From Planctomycetota bacterium (lineage in GTDB: Bacteria > Planctomycetota > SZUA-567 > H5-PLA8): DNA of 64,000 bases. The notes below the pieces were generated by a model. That model made no database searches. It worked only from the letters and a program-made list of their open reading frames with translations, and was not told where the DNA came from. Shown here in pieces: positions 18,619-28,332 of this stretch. Within the stretch, counting starts at the first letter, position 1. Every line of letters starts with the position of its first letter. The position numbers and the translations under genes were made by a program. The stretch is taken from positions 32,001 through 96,000 of the forward strand of contig JBBRPR010000021.1 in NCBI GenBank assembly GCA_038227875.1. The letters run 5' to 3'.

Positions 18619-19347
18619 ATGTCATTGGCACCCATTCATCGCTATATTGGACGCATCATACATCTCATGCGCAAAGAGAAGGGCATGCGTCAGTCTGAAC
18701 TGGCGCTCCTGGCCGGGCTGAAGCAACCCAACCTTTCCCGTATCGAAAACGGGTTAGTCACGCCGCGCCAGGTGACGCTCCAACGAATCGCCCACGCCCT
18801 TTCGGTGGATGTTCAAGAATTCTATAGCGAACAGAAAGTCCAGGAAGTCGAACGCAAATGGGCTGCGTCGCTGGGCCCCAAACATGCCGCCATGATGCTC
18901 GCCGACAAACTCTCGGCGGTGCCCCTTTTCGATGTCGCCCACGGCCGCTCGGTGGAGCTCGACAGTGCCGGCGAACCGCAGGGCCAGCTTGAAGTGGTTC
19001 TGCAGCTTCCCCGTGACAGCGTGCTGGGCGAAAACAAAGCGATGGCTTTGCGAGCGCCCGACGACTCCATGCAGAATTCCGGCGGAGCCGACGATTTCCG
19101 CAAAGATGAGATCTTGATCTTTTCGCTCAACGCTCAGGTTGCGCATGGCGACTTTGGCTTCGTGAAATTCGCAGACCAGTCGTTGTTCCGCAAGGTGGAA
19201 TTCATCGATCAGGAACGCATCCGCCTGGTCCCCTTGAACCGCGGCCTCCCTGAACGCATTGTCACCCGGTCGGAAATCAAATCCATGTGGAAGCTCATCC
19301 GCCACGTACGCAGTCACACCCGGGAAACAATCGGCGCTGGAAAGTGA
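18619..19347 (+). CDS. XRE-family HTH repressor with C-terminal S24 (LexA/CI-like) domain
   Basis: HTH 'RKEKGMRQSELALLAGLKQPNLSRIENG'; S24 'LRAPDDSM', 'RLVPLN'; AAGGGAG RBS before ATG 18619. Confidence 0.85.
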   Translation: MSLAPIHRYIGRIIHLMRKEKGMRQSELALLAGLKQPNLSRIENGLVTPRQVTLQRIAHALSVDVQEFYSEQKVQEVERKWAASLGPKHAAMMLADKLSAVPLFDVAHGRSVELDSAGEPQGQLEVVLQLPRDSVLGENKAMALRAPDDSMQNSGGADDFRKDEILIFSLNAQVAHGDFGFVKFADQSLFRKVEFIDQERIRLVPLNRGLPERIVTRSEIKSMWKLIRHVRSHTRETIGAGK

Positions 19348-19386
19348 CTTTGGCGCGGCAGCTTGAGAGGCAAGGAGAGGGACGTC

Positions 19387-19761
19387 ATGGCACAAATTAT
19401 CGTTGTTGACGATGAACCCGATATCACTGACATGCTGGATACGATGCTTCGCTTACGAGGTTGGACCGTTAAACGGGCCTCCAACCGTCGCGAAGCACTT
19501 CAAATGGTCCGAGAAGATCCGGAAATCCATATGATTCTGCTGGATTACAATATGCCCGGAATGCGCGCTGAAGACTTCATCGAACAGATCCGGCACCTCA
19601 ATCCCAAACCCAAAATCGTTCTTCTGACCGCTGCTCATAAGGTGGAAGACCGGGCCAAGCAGCTCGACTTGGACTACTTCCTCGCCAAACCGTTTGAAGC
19701 CGACGATATCTATAAAAAGATCAGTGAATGTATCCAGTGCCACGGCGTTTCCACGAATTGA
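19387..19761 (+). CDS. Single-domain response regulator
   Basis: 'IIVVDDE', 'LLDYNMPG', 'LLTA', 'LAKPF'. Confidence 0.9.
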   Translation: MAQIIVVDDEPDITDMLDTMLRLRGWTVKRASNRREALQMVREDPEIHMILLDYNMPGMRAEDFIEQIRHLNPKPKIVLLTAAHKVEDRAKQLDLDYFLAKPFEADDIYKKISECIQCHGVSTN

Positions 19762-19884
19762 AGTCCATGCGCTCTCGCTTCGGGCCAAGTGGCCCGAAGG
19801 GAGAATCCCGTCTTCTTCTCATGAAGTACGCCCAAAACTCCGCGTCCTGAATTAGTAAGCCGTTAGCGAGAATGACCTTAAGCT

Positions 19885-19922
19885 GCACAACCCCGCAGTC
19901 GAAAAAGAATGCGGGGTTGTGC
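19885..19922. other. 13-bp perfect-stem hairpin upstream of lptD-like gene
   Basis: GCACAACCCCGCA...TGCGGGGTTGTGC; no U-tract. Confidence 0.5.
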
Positions 19923-19991
19923 GTTCATGGTGCACAAGAAGGTCTACACTCGCTTGCAAATTCGGGAGGCGCGCCTAAGATCAGTCCGTTC

Positions 19992-22900
19992 ATGATGAAA
20001 TGCGATTTCCGAGATCCTTCTCGGCACCCCGCTCCGCTGAGCGAACTGGCGGCGCTGCTTCTGGTTATGATGTTGGCTTACGCCGCATCAACCGGACGTG
20101 CATGGTCGGGTGAGACGCCGCCTGCTCCGCCGCCACCCAAGACTCCGCCACCGCTGGCCGCGCCCACGACCGAACCCGGTCCGGACGGTATGCCTCCGCC
20201 CAAACCGCGCAAGCCCGAAGACATTCAGGGCATGACGTGGAACGCCGTCCATATGTCACTCGATAAGGATCGCAATGCCTTCATTCTAAACGGCAGCGCG
20301 GTGCTTAGCTACCAGGGCGTGAAACTCGAAGCCGACAACATCGTGCTCTTCCGCGACACCAAGGAAATCTACGCGGAAGGCAATGTCCGCATGCGGTTGG
20401 GCGAATCCGAAATGTCGGCCGAAGCGGCGTATATCGACGGCTTGAACACCACCGGCTACATGGTCGATGCCGTGGTCCGCGTCTCGGGCAGTAAGGAAGA
20501 TCTGAAGAAGTTCAAGTCCGTCGCGCCGAAGACCAAGGCCGGTGACCAGCCCGCTCCGCCGCCGAAGGAAGACAACACCACCTCGCCGCCGGAACCCAAG
20601 AAGACCGCCAGTGGCGAACCGGAAGCCGCACCGATTGAAAACCGCAGCTTTCTCCGCACCCGCGACCCCTACGGCACGTACGTCAACGTCGCCGACGATC
20701 CGCAGGCGCGCACCAATCTGATCATGAAAGCGGAGAAGGTCATCCTTCACGGCAAAGAGCACATCACCGCCGAAAATGCCTTCGCCACCAACGACGACAT
20801 GGCCCATCCTCTTTACGGCGTGCAGTCGCAGCAGCTCGATTACTTCATGAAGGAAGTACCCGTTCCCCACGAAGCCGGCAAGACGCAGATGGTACCCGAC
20901 AAGGTTGTGGCCAAGGGCGCAACGATCCAGATTTACGGCGTCAGCCTCTTTCCTTTCCCAACCATTACGTACGACCTGCAAAAGAAGAATGCCTTCACGC
21001 AGGCGCATTTTGGAAATTCCAGCCGCTTCGGTTACTTTGCGCTCACCCGCATCGGCTACGGCCTGGGCGGCGACGAGAAGAAACTCTTCGATCCACAGCA
21101 CGTCTACTTCGATCTTGATGAACGCAGCCGCCGCGGTCCAGCCGTGGGCTTCGACATGGATTGGGAAACCGGACGCCGGCCTGTTGAACAGGAAGCCGAT
21201 CAGAGCAAGTTCGACCGTGGTCTGGGACACGTTCGTTTCTACGGCATCGAAGAAATTCAGACGTCCACGTACGACGACGTGGTCCGTGCGCGCCGCGATC
21301 TGGAACGGCGCATCGAACCGAAGGTCGACGGATTTCCGATGCGCACGTACGATCCGAATCAGCTGTTCATGCACCGCCGCCGCGCCGAAGACGCGGGGCC
21401 TCCGAGCCTCGATCTGATCGAATACGCCGGCAAGTTCCGCGGCATGTTCGCCGTGCAGCAGCATCAGCCGCTCAAACGCTTTGCGGGCATCGACAACCTG
21501 CTGCTGGATTTCAAATTTGAACGCGATTCGGACCGCGATTTCAAGCTGGAGTACTTCGAGAAAAACTACCTGCGCGAGAACCAGCCCGAAGGGCTGTTTT
21601 CCGCGCGCAAAGCCAGCGACAACTACTCGATGGAGTTACTCTACCGCGGCAACACTCAGAACTTTGACGGCGCCCCGGCCCGCAGCCCCTACGACTACGG
21701 CACATTCACCAGCTACGAACCCGGGCTGACCTACTCGCTGGTCACGACGCCGCTGGCCTACGGCATCTACATGGATTCCGAATTGCAGGGCGCGCGTCTC
21801 AAGCGAGACTTCGATCGCGTCATTTACGATCAGAACAGTTTCGAAGCCGACCGCGCTTACGGCATCGTCGACTTCTCCCGCCCAATCAAAGTCGGCTCGG
21901 TCAACTTCGTGCCGCATTTGGGCGGGCAGCAGCAGGTTTACGATCAGACCCGCACCAGCAGCGGCGGCGGACCGCAGGGCGCACTGACGTATGGCATGGA
22001 CATGACCACGCGCTACTATGGACTCTTTCCGGACCTCGAAAACGATGCCCTGGGCCTGCAGGGCATGCGGCATATCATCGAACCGCGTATCTCCTACCGC
22101 GGCGTCTCGGACACCGAATCCCACGCCAAGGACTTGCTTGACTTCGACCGCATCGACGACCTATACCGTCAGGACAAGATCACCTTCGCCATCGATCAGG
22201 TGGCGCAGACCAAGCGCGTCACTGAAAACGGCACGCGCACCTATAACTTCGCCGGCTTGAACATGGCCGTGGATGCGCTGCCCAACCCGCGCGATCAGAA
22301 CCGCCTCAATGACGGCTACGCGCTGGACCTGATGCATCTCGACGGCTTCCTGCGCGTGATGGAAGTGTTGAAGCTCAACGCGTCCATGGGTGTGGCCATC
22401 GAGACCAAGGAATTGCAGCAGGCGGTCTTCGGCATCGAAATCGATCCGCACACGCGCTGGCGCCTGAAGCTTGAAGACCGCTTCAACTACGGCAGCGACA
22501 AGCGCAAGATTCTCGGCTCCGATCAGTACGAACTGTCGTTCTCGTACCGCCTGAGCGAACGCTGGTCGGCGAACCTGACGGAAATCGTCGAACGCCGCAA
22601 GTCGCTGCAGGCTTCCAAAGGCCGCCAGCTGGAACGCATCGGCTTTACGCGCAGCTATGGCTCGTTCGACGGCACGTTCACTTACTCGCAGGACCGCAAC
22701 AACCGGGATCACTCGACGTACTTCACCGTGCAGCCCGCGGTCGTCTACCGCAATGTGATCGTGCCTTCGCAGGACCTGCTCGTGCCGTCTGCGGAAGTTT
22801 CGGACACCGGCGAATCGCCGGAAGAACGCAATTTCGATCCGTTCGATCTTTTGAAGCAGCGCAACAAGGCCAAGAAGAAGAACAACCTCGGCCCCAGCAA

Positions 22901-23141
22901 GGCCAACGAAAACGCGCCGGTGCCGCCGCCTCCGCCCAAGGAAGAAGACGTCCCCGCACCGCCGCCACCCGATCAGCAGCGCGCCAATGCTCCAGAGAAA
23001 GGCAGCCGCGACACGGCAGCTGTCGGCAGCTTCTCGGATCCGCGCAAGGACGACGCGCCGCCGGCCCGGACTCAGGCAAAGAAGTCTGTCGACGATGACG
23101 ACTGGACCTCGCCGGCCGCGACGCCAGCCAGTACGCGCTGA
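19992..23141 (+). CDS. lptD: LptD-like LPS-assembly outer-membrane protein with Pro-rich insertions and a long C-terminal tail
   Basis: OstA-like jellyroll ('YQGVKLEADNI...IYAEGNVRM'), amphipathic beta strands, 'RHIIEPRISY', 'FDRIDDL'. Start uncertain. Confidence 0.7.
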   Translation: MMKCDFRDPSRHPAPLSELAALLLVMMLAYAASTGRAWSGETPPAPPPPKTPPPLAAPTTEPGPDGMPPPKPRKPEDIQGMTWNAVHMSLDKDRNAFILNGSAVLSYQGVKLEADNIVLFRDTKEIYAEGNVRMRLGESEMSAEAAYIDGLNTTGYMVDAVVRVSGSKEDLKKFKSVAPKTKAGDQPAPPPKEDNTTSPPEPKKTASGEPEAAPIENRSFLRTRDPYGTYVNVADDPQARTNLIMKAEKVILHGKEHITAENAFATNDDMAHPLYGVQSQQLDYFMKEVPVPHEAGKTQMVPDKVVAKGATIQIYGVSLFPFPTITYDLQKKNAFTQAHFGNSSRFGYFALTRIGYGLGGDEKKLFDPQHVYFDLDERSRRGPAVGFDMDWETGRRPVEQEADQSKFDRGLGHVRFYGIEEIQTSTYDDVVRARRDLERRIEPKVDGFPMRTYDPNQLFMHRRRAEDAGPPSLDLIEYAGKFRGMFAVQQHQPLKRFAGIDNLLLDFKFERDSDRDFKLEYFEKNYLRENQPEGLFSARKASDNYSMELLYRGNTQNFDGAPARSPYDYGTFTSYEPGLTYSLVTTPLAYGIYMDSELQGARLKRDFDRVIYDQNSFEADRAYGIVDFSRPIKVGSVNFVPHLGGQQQVYDQTRTSSGGGPQGALTYGMDMTTRYYGLFPDLENDALGLQGMRHIIEPRISYRGVSDTESHAKDLLDFDRIDDLYRQDKITFAIDQVAQTKRVTENGTRTYNFAGLNMAVDALPNPRDQNRLNDGYALDLMHLDGFLRVMEVLKLNASMGVAIETKELQQAVFGIEIDPHTRWRLKLEDRFNYGSDKRKILGSDQYELSFSYRLSERWSANLTEIVERRKSLQASKGRQLERIGFTRSYGSFDGTFTYSQDRNNRDHSTYFTVQPAVVYRNVIVPSQDLLVPSAEVSDTGESPEERNFDPFDLLKQRNKAKKKNNLGPSKANENAPVPPPPPKEEDVPAPPPPDQQRANAPEKGSRDTAAVGSFSDPRKDDAPPARTQAKKSVDDDDWTSPAATPASTR

Positions 23142-23245
23142 TTGCACAATCGTTAAGCGCGCTGAAGTGCACCATTGATTCCGACGTCCAAGCGGCTACG
23201 CTAGTCCTCCGTCGCTTGGTTCTTGTTAGGGATTGGGAGCAGACC

Positions 23246-24673
23246 ATGAGCCCCGTGAACGACTCACTGACATCCCGGGCGATGCTCTGCGCTGCCTTGC
23301 TGCTGCTGCCAGCTGGCGCGAATTCCGTGGTCCACGCCGCATCCGCCGAAATCATCGAGCCGACCGATCCCACGCCTGCTCCGCCGCCGCCCGTTCCCAT
23401 CGCGCCGCCCGCGACAGCCACTCCGACGGCACCGAAAGCTACCGATCCCGCTGGCACCACCGACACTGCAGGCCCGCAGCTCACGGAAGCTCCGCCGGAA
23501 AATCCGCCGGTACAACCGACCACGCCGCCGCTGGAACCACCGAAATCCACTCAAGCCGTGACGCGCATGCCCATTACCGTCAACGAACCAGACTTCAAAG
23601 CGACGGCAGTCTTTCCTGTGACGCCCGTGCCAAAACTCGACCAGGATACACGCCCGGTCAAGGAAGTAGCCAAGCCCAAGCACCGCGAATTCATAGTACC
23701 ACAGGAAGACGGCGTGTCGGAAACGACCGTACCGGTCGACGACAAGGGCGATGCCTCCAAGAAGGACGCGGAAGAAATCAGCCCGTTGCTGGCCAATGCA
23801 ATTGCCAAAGAACGCAGTGGAAAGAAGTTCAAAGACATCCTGCCGCTCTTCCAGCAGGTGGTGACCGCTGAACCGGAAAACGCGGAAGCGCATTACCGCC
23901 TCGGATTGCTGATGCACAAATCCGGCAATCTCAAGACCGGCATCCAGGAGTTGGAAGCCGCATTGAAGCTCAGGCCCAACAACAACAAGTACCGCTGCGA
24001 TTTCGGTCTGCTGGTATTGCAAGCCGGCTGGGTCGAAAAGGCGCTCAGCTCCTGCCGCGCCGCCGCGCAGGCCGCGCCGGCCGTGGCGCGTTACCAGAGC
24101 GCCCTGGGCGATGTGCTGATCGCCGCGGGCGATCTCCAGTCGGCAGTGGAAGTCTACACGCGCGCCGTCAGTCTCGAGCCCAAGAATGCCGAGTACCTGC
24201 ACAATCTGGGCAAGGCCTTTCTGCTCGGCCGCGCTTACAAGCGCGCTGGTGAAGTCATCGACGAAGCCATCCATTTGCGCCCGGACTACGCACCATACTA
24301 CTGTTCACGCGGTCTGGTTTTTCAAAGCGACAAGGGCATGAAGGACGCCATTCGGTCCTACCTGATCGCGATCAAACTTGACAAGGACAATGCTTACGCG
24401 CACTACCTGCTGGCCGGTTGCTACAGCGATGCCGACGACCCGACCTATACCAATCGCTTCGAAGCCTTCGACCATGCGGAGAAGGCCGTCAAGCTCACCG
24501 AAGGCAAAAACCCGCAATATTTGATGGGACTGGCTCGTGTCTACCGGTTGCAGCGTAACTGGGATGGCGCGATTTCCACCGCGTCCCACGCCATCGAAAT
24601 TCAGCCCCGCGAAGACTGGCGGCAGGAACTGGCCGAATTCCAGCGGTTGAGAAACGAAGGACACGAGAAGTAA
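23246..24673 (+). CDS. Secreted TPR-repeat protein with Pro/Thr-rich N-terminus
   Basis: Signal peptide; TPRs 'PENAEAHYRLG', 'PKNAEYLHNLG', 'PDYAPYYCSRG', 'KDNAYAHYLLA'. Confidence 0.85.
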   Translation: MSPVNDSLTSRAMLCAALLLLPAGANSVVHAASAEIIEPTDPTPAPPPPVPIAPPATATPTAPKATDPAGTTDTAGPQLTEAPPENPPVQPTTPPLEPPKSTQAVTRMPITVNEPDFKATAVFPVTPVPKLDQDTRPVKEVAKPKHREFIVPQEDGVSETTVPVDDKGDASKKDAEEISPLLANAIAKERSGKKFKDILPLFQQVVTAEPENAEAHYRLGLLMHKSGNLKTGIQELEAALKLRPNNNKYRCDFGLLVLQAGWVEKALSSCRAAAQAAPAVARYQSALGDVLIAAGDLQSAVEVYTRAVSLEPKNAEYLHNLGKAFLLGRAYKRAGEVIDEAIHLRPDYAPYYCSRGLVFQSDKGMKDAIRSYLIAIKLDKDNAYAHYLLAGCYSDADDPTYTNRFEAFDHAEKAVKLTEGKNPQYLMGLARVYRLQRNWDGAISTASHAIEIQPREDWRQELAEFQRLRNEGHEK

Positions 24674-24822
24674 CGACCTGACTTCCCGCCCTACCGGCAC
24701 TTTTTTCTTACAAATCGCGTCATATTTCAAATTCTGTGTCTACTTTTATGAGACAGAATCGAACACTATTCAGCATTCGCGCGTATTAAGAAGTGCATCG
24801 GAAGAAAAGGAAGAGATTACGC

Positions 24823-25521
24823 ATGACCGTACCGCAAGCGTTCCATTCCCAGCGCAAATCCAACCCGGCCTTTACGTTGATCGAACTGCTGGTGGTCATT
24901 GCCATAATTGGCGTGCTGGCGGCGCTGCTTTTGCCAGTGCTGGGAAAAGCGCGCGAGTCGGCCCGGCGCATCTCCTGTGCGAACAACCTCGGTCAGCTGG
25001 GCAAAGGTCTGGCACTCTATGCGGAAGTACCGGCTTGGGCGTGTTTCCCCACCAACAAACTCAATGCCCGTGGAGACCCACTGACATCGTTTGGAATTCT
25101 CTACCGCGACTACGTCGCGGACTTCCGGATCTTCTCGTGCGCGTCAAAACCGACCATAGCTCAATTGTCGACGTTGACGCCAGTCATCGCCGGCACGCCC
25201 GCCGCTACGCCGTTAAATGCCACCATGACGCATTATGGTTACGATCCAGGGAACCAGGGCACCAAGAACTCTCCGCACACGACGTCGGAATCGATGGCTG
25301 TCGTTGCGGCCGACATGCAGGGCACGAGCAACAACTCCGACAATCACGGCCCCAACGCCGGACAGAACTGTCTGCTTGCGGCGGGAAGCGTGGAGTGGCG
25401 CGACACAAATCAGTCGATTATTGCCACGGGATCGCCAACGATTACAGACACCAACATCTATGCCGACGGGGATCTCGGCGACGTCAATTGGAATCCGATG
25501 AAGAGCTTCGTCGGCCAGTAA
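24823..25521 (+). CDS. Prepilin-type N-methylation domain protein (DUF1559-like)
   Basis: '[41 protein letters not shown]'; degenerate H-X9-DG ('[17 protein letters not shown]'). Confidence 0.85.
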   Translation: MTVPQAFHSQRKSNPAFTLIELLVVIAIIGVLAALLLPVLGKARESARRISCANNLGQLGKGLALYAEVPAWACFPTNKLNARGDPLTSFGILYRDYVADFRIFSCASKPTIAQLSTLTPVIAGTPAATPLNATMTHYGYDPGNQGTKNSPHTTSESMAVVAADMQGTSNNSDNHGPNAGQNCLLAAGSVEWRDTNQSIIATGSPTITDTNIYADGDLGDVNWNPMKSFVGQ

Positions 25522-25578
25522 GACAGCCGACCTTCAGGCCCCGGGGCCATAAGGTCACACACGTACAACAGCGGTCCG

Positions 25579-28329
25579 CTACGCCAACCCCAGCCGCTTT
25601 CGCATAATCCATTCCATCGCCAGCAATCCGACAATCAGCATCAGAATCGGGTACGACGACCAGATCTCGTAGCTCTTTTCGACGCTGCGTTCCTTCCCCT
25701 GCCCTGCCAGCTGTGAGAACAACTCCGGCGCGTCGAGAATATCCATGTAGCGCCCGCCGCCAGCCTTGGCCATGGCCGCCAGCCGCGCGCTGTCGCGGGA
25801 TAGTTCAATGCCTTCCTGACCGGCCAGATCTCGGGCGATCACCTGGATCTCCTGCTGAATGCCGTCGAATCCCGGTGCATCAACTTTGACCACGATGTTG
25901 TGCACGCCCGCGCCGACGTTCTGCAGATCTCCGCGGTAGAGCCCGCCGCTGTCGGGCACCGCGGTGAGCTGAACGTGCTGCGGATGCGCGGGGTCACCGA
26001 GATCCGCGGTGACCGTCGCGTCGGCGACGATGTGGCCCTGGGCGTCGCGGGGCCGCGCCAGGATTTCGACGTTCTCGCCAGGACGGATCTGGCGGCGCAC
26101 GCAGCCGACTTTCAAGCGCGGTCCGCCGATCAACCGGTTGCTCGTCCCCCAACGCATCGCCTGGGACCAGAAAAACGCATGCACGCGATCCGCAACCTTG
26201 TAGCGCCAGTTCCACGTGCCGTCGGTGCCGACGTACATCACGCGCCCCGCGCCGTAATTTTGAATCGCGACGACCACGTCTTTCCGCGCGTCGTCGGTGG
26301 AGAGCAGCGTCGTCGCCAGCGGCTTGGCGTAGGCCGGACGTGCGACCCAGTGAAGTTCCGGCAACGCCGTCCAGAGCTGTTCGTTGAGCGTGGGATCGTG
26401 CAGGATGCGGGTGATTTCGTGGGTCGCACCGGCTTCGTCGAGTTTCACGCGCACGCGCTCGGAAGCGGTGGCGCTGGTCAGCGCGCTGGTCATCGAGGCC
26501 GGCGCCTGCTGTCGTATCGGCAGCAGATCGGCGATGGGGCCGGTGAGGTACGACTGCGGCATCGAGCGCGGACCGGCGAGCAGCACAAGAAAGCCGCCGC
26601 GGTCGGCAACATACGCGGCCAGGCGCTTCTGGTCGGCTTCGCTCAGGCGTTCGGCGGGAATGTCGCCGAGAATGATGATTTCATAATCTTCGAGTGCCTT
26701 CTCGTCCTGCGGCAGCGCCTTGGGTTTGGGGCCGAGGTTCTCGCCGCTGAGCAGCCAGCGTTCGTCGAGCGTCATCTTGCGTTCGCGACGGAGCAGACTG
26801 GCGACGTAGCGGCTTTCCCAGCGCGGCAGTTCGTCGGCGAGGAGCACTTTCAGACGGTCGTTGGCGACGTCGACGATGCACTCGGCGCTGTTGTTCATCG
26901 TCAGCGCTTCACCGGTGAGCGGCTTGATCGAAGCCGTGAAGACATTCGGGCCGGGTTTGTCGGCGGGGATTTCGAAATTTTCGTGAAGCCAGCCATCGTC
27001 GCCGAGCGTCAGTTCGCGCTGCTGCACGGTCTTATCTTCGCGGCTCAAGACCAGGTTGCACTTCTGACCCTTCAAGCCCGCGACTTTGACGTGCGCCGTA
27101 AGCTTGATGGTTTCGTCCATGAAGACCGACTGCGTGCCCTCCAGCCGCGCGATGCAGATGTCCGGCGGTGCCGATTCGCTGCCAACGCCCAGCGTGTGCA
27201 CGATAATGCCGCGGGCGGCCAGCAATCGTGCCGCGTCTTCGGGAATCGGGCCGCTGGTGTGGCGTCCGTCTGTGCAGACCACCACGGCGGCGATGCTGTC
27301 CTGCGCGTGGCGTTCGGCGATGTGAATCAGCGGCGTGGCGAGGTCCGTGTCGGTCGGCGTGGCAGTTTTCGCGGCGGAATCCTTCGACGTGGCGTTGGCG
27401 GCAAGTTCGCGAAGATCGGTGTCGAAACCGTATTGGACGAGTTTGACGCGGTCGCCGAATTCCGCGGCGGCTTTCGAATCGATCATGCCGGATACGACCG
27501 CGGAACGATCCATGGTGCTGAGCCGCTCCAGCGCGGCCGTCACGGCCGGGTTGTTGCTCGCCGCCAGTGCGCGGTCGGCAGCGTCCTGGACCCGCTGCGA
27601 TTCAGCGGCGAGTTTCGTGATCTCCGGCGGCAGAGCGCTGAGCACTTTCGCTTTGTCGGCGAGCTTCGCCTGGCTGTCGGCTTTCTCGGCTTCGATCTCG
27701 CCAGCTTCCTTGGCCAGTTTCTCAATGGCCTGAGCCTGCGCCTCAGCGCCTTGCGCAAGCGCCGTTGGCGCGGCGGGGATAGCTTTCAGCAACTTCGCGC
27801 CGCGCTGGAGTTCCGTCTGCGCTTCTCCCAGCGACGTGCATGCGCCCCTGATGCGTTCGCGCGCGGTCGCGGAGTTCGCGGCATTTTCCGCGAGCAACTG
27901 CGCGGCCTGCCGGATATTCCCCGACGCTGACTCCGCCGCGGCAGCCGCCTGCGTGAACGCTTTGCCCGCGTCGTCTGCGCTGGTGTCGCGCAATTTCTTG
28001 TCGAGTAACCCCAGCGCCACGGCGTTGCGCACTCGGCGTTCGACGGGCTCGTGAACGTCCTTCACCGTCATGCTGGTGGAGGTGTCGCGTAAAACGATGA
28101 CGACCGGCTTCTCGTGCTCCAGCCGCACGCTGTTGACGATCGGCTGCGCCAGCAGGAGCACCATCAATGTCACCGCCGCCGCGCGGAGCGTACGCAAGCG
28201 CGCGCCGGCCTTGAGCAATCCTTCCGTTTCACGGCGGTACAGCCGCGTGATCAGGTACGCGACCAGCAGCGCAGCCGGCAGCATCAGCCAGAGCGAATAC
28301 CCTTTGATGAACAGGCTCAGACCGCTCAT
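25579..28329 (-). CDS. Membrane-anchored VWA / Ig-like / GATase-like protein of a MoxR operon
   Basis: Two N-terminal TMs, MIDAS 'DTSTS' and 'TDGRH', Ala-rich helical insertion, 'RGGFLV', C-terminal TM 'EWIMRKRLGL'. Confidence 0.8.
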   Translation of the reverse strand: MSGLSLFIKGYSLWLMLPAALLVAYLITRLYRRETEGLLKAGARLRTLRAAAVTLMVLLLAQPIVNSVRLEHEKPVVIVLRDTSTSMTVKDVHEPVERRVRNAVALGLLDKKLRDTSADDAGKAFTQAAAAAESASGNIRQAAQLLAENAANSATARERIRGACTSLGEAQTELQRGAKLLKAIPAAPTALAQGAEAQAQAIEKLAKEAGEIEAEKADSQAKLADKAKVLSALPPEITKLAAESQRVQDAADRALAASNNPAVTAALERLSTMDRSAVVSGMIDSKAAAEFGDRVKLVQYGFDTDLRELAANATSKDSAAKTATPTDTDLATPLIHIAERHAQDSIAAVVVCTDGRHTSGPIPEDAARLLAARGIIVHTLGVGSESAPPDICIARLEGTQSVFMDETIKLTAHVKVAGLKGQKCNLVLSREDKTVQQRELTLGDDGWLHENFEIPADKPGPNVFTASIKPLTGEALTMNNSAECIVDVANDRLKVLLADELPRWESRYVASLLRRERKMTLDERWLLSGENLGPKPKALPQDEKALEDYEIIILGDIPAERLSEADQKRLAAYVADRGGFLVLLAGPRSMPQSYLTGPIADLLPIRQQAPASMTSALTSATASERVRVKLDEAGATHEITRILHDPTLNEQLWTALPELHWVARPAYAKPLATTLLSTDDARKDVVVAIQNYGAGRVMYVGTDGTWNWRYKVADRVHAFFWSQAMRWGTSNRLIGGPRLKVGCVRRQIRPGENVEILARPRDAQGHIVADATVTADLGDPAHPQHVQLTAVPDSGGLYRGDLQNVGAGVHNIVVKVDAPGFDGIQQEIQVIARDLAGQEGIELSRDSARLAAMAKAGGGRYMDILDAPELFSQLAGQGKERSVEKSYEIWSSYPILMLIVGLLAMEWIMRKRLGLA

Positions 28330-28332
28330 GTT

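Noticed and set aside
18619..19347. CI-like repressor as a prophage marker
   Set aside because: No integrase, Cro-like divergent gene or phage structural genes in the window.
25900..27930. Long antisense ORFs (also 6859-8499, 20286-21464, 51753-52844, 59175-60569)
   Set aside because: Shadow frames of well-supported genes, expected from high-GC codon bias; no motifs.
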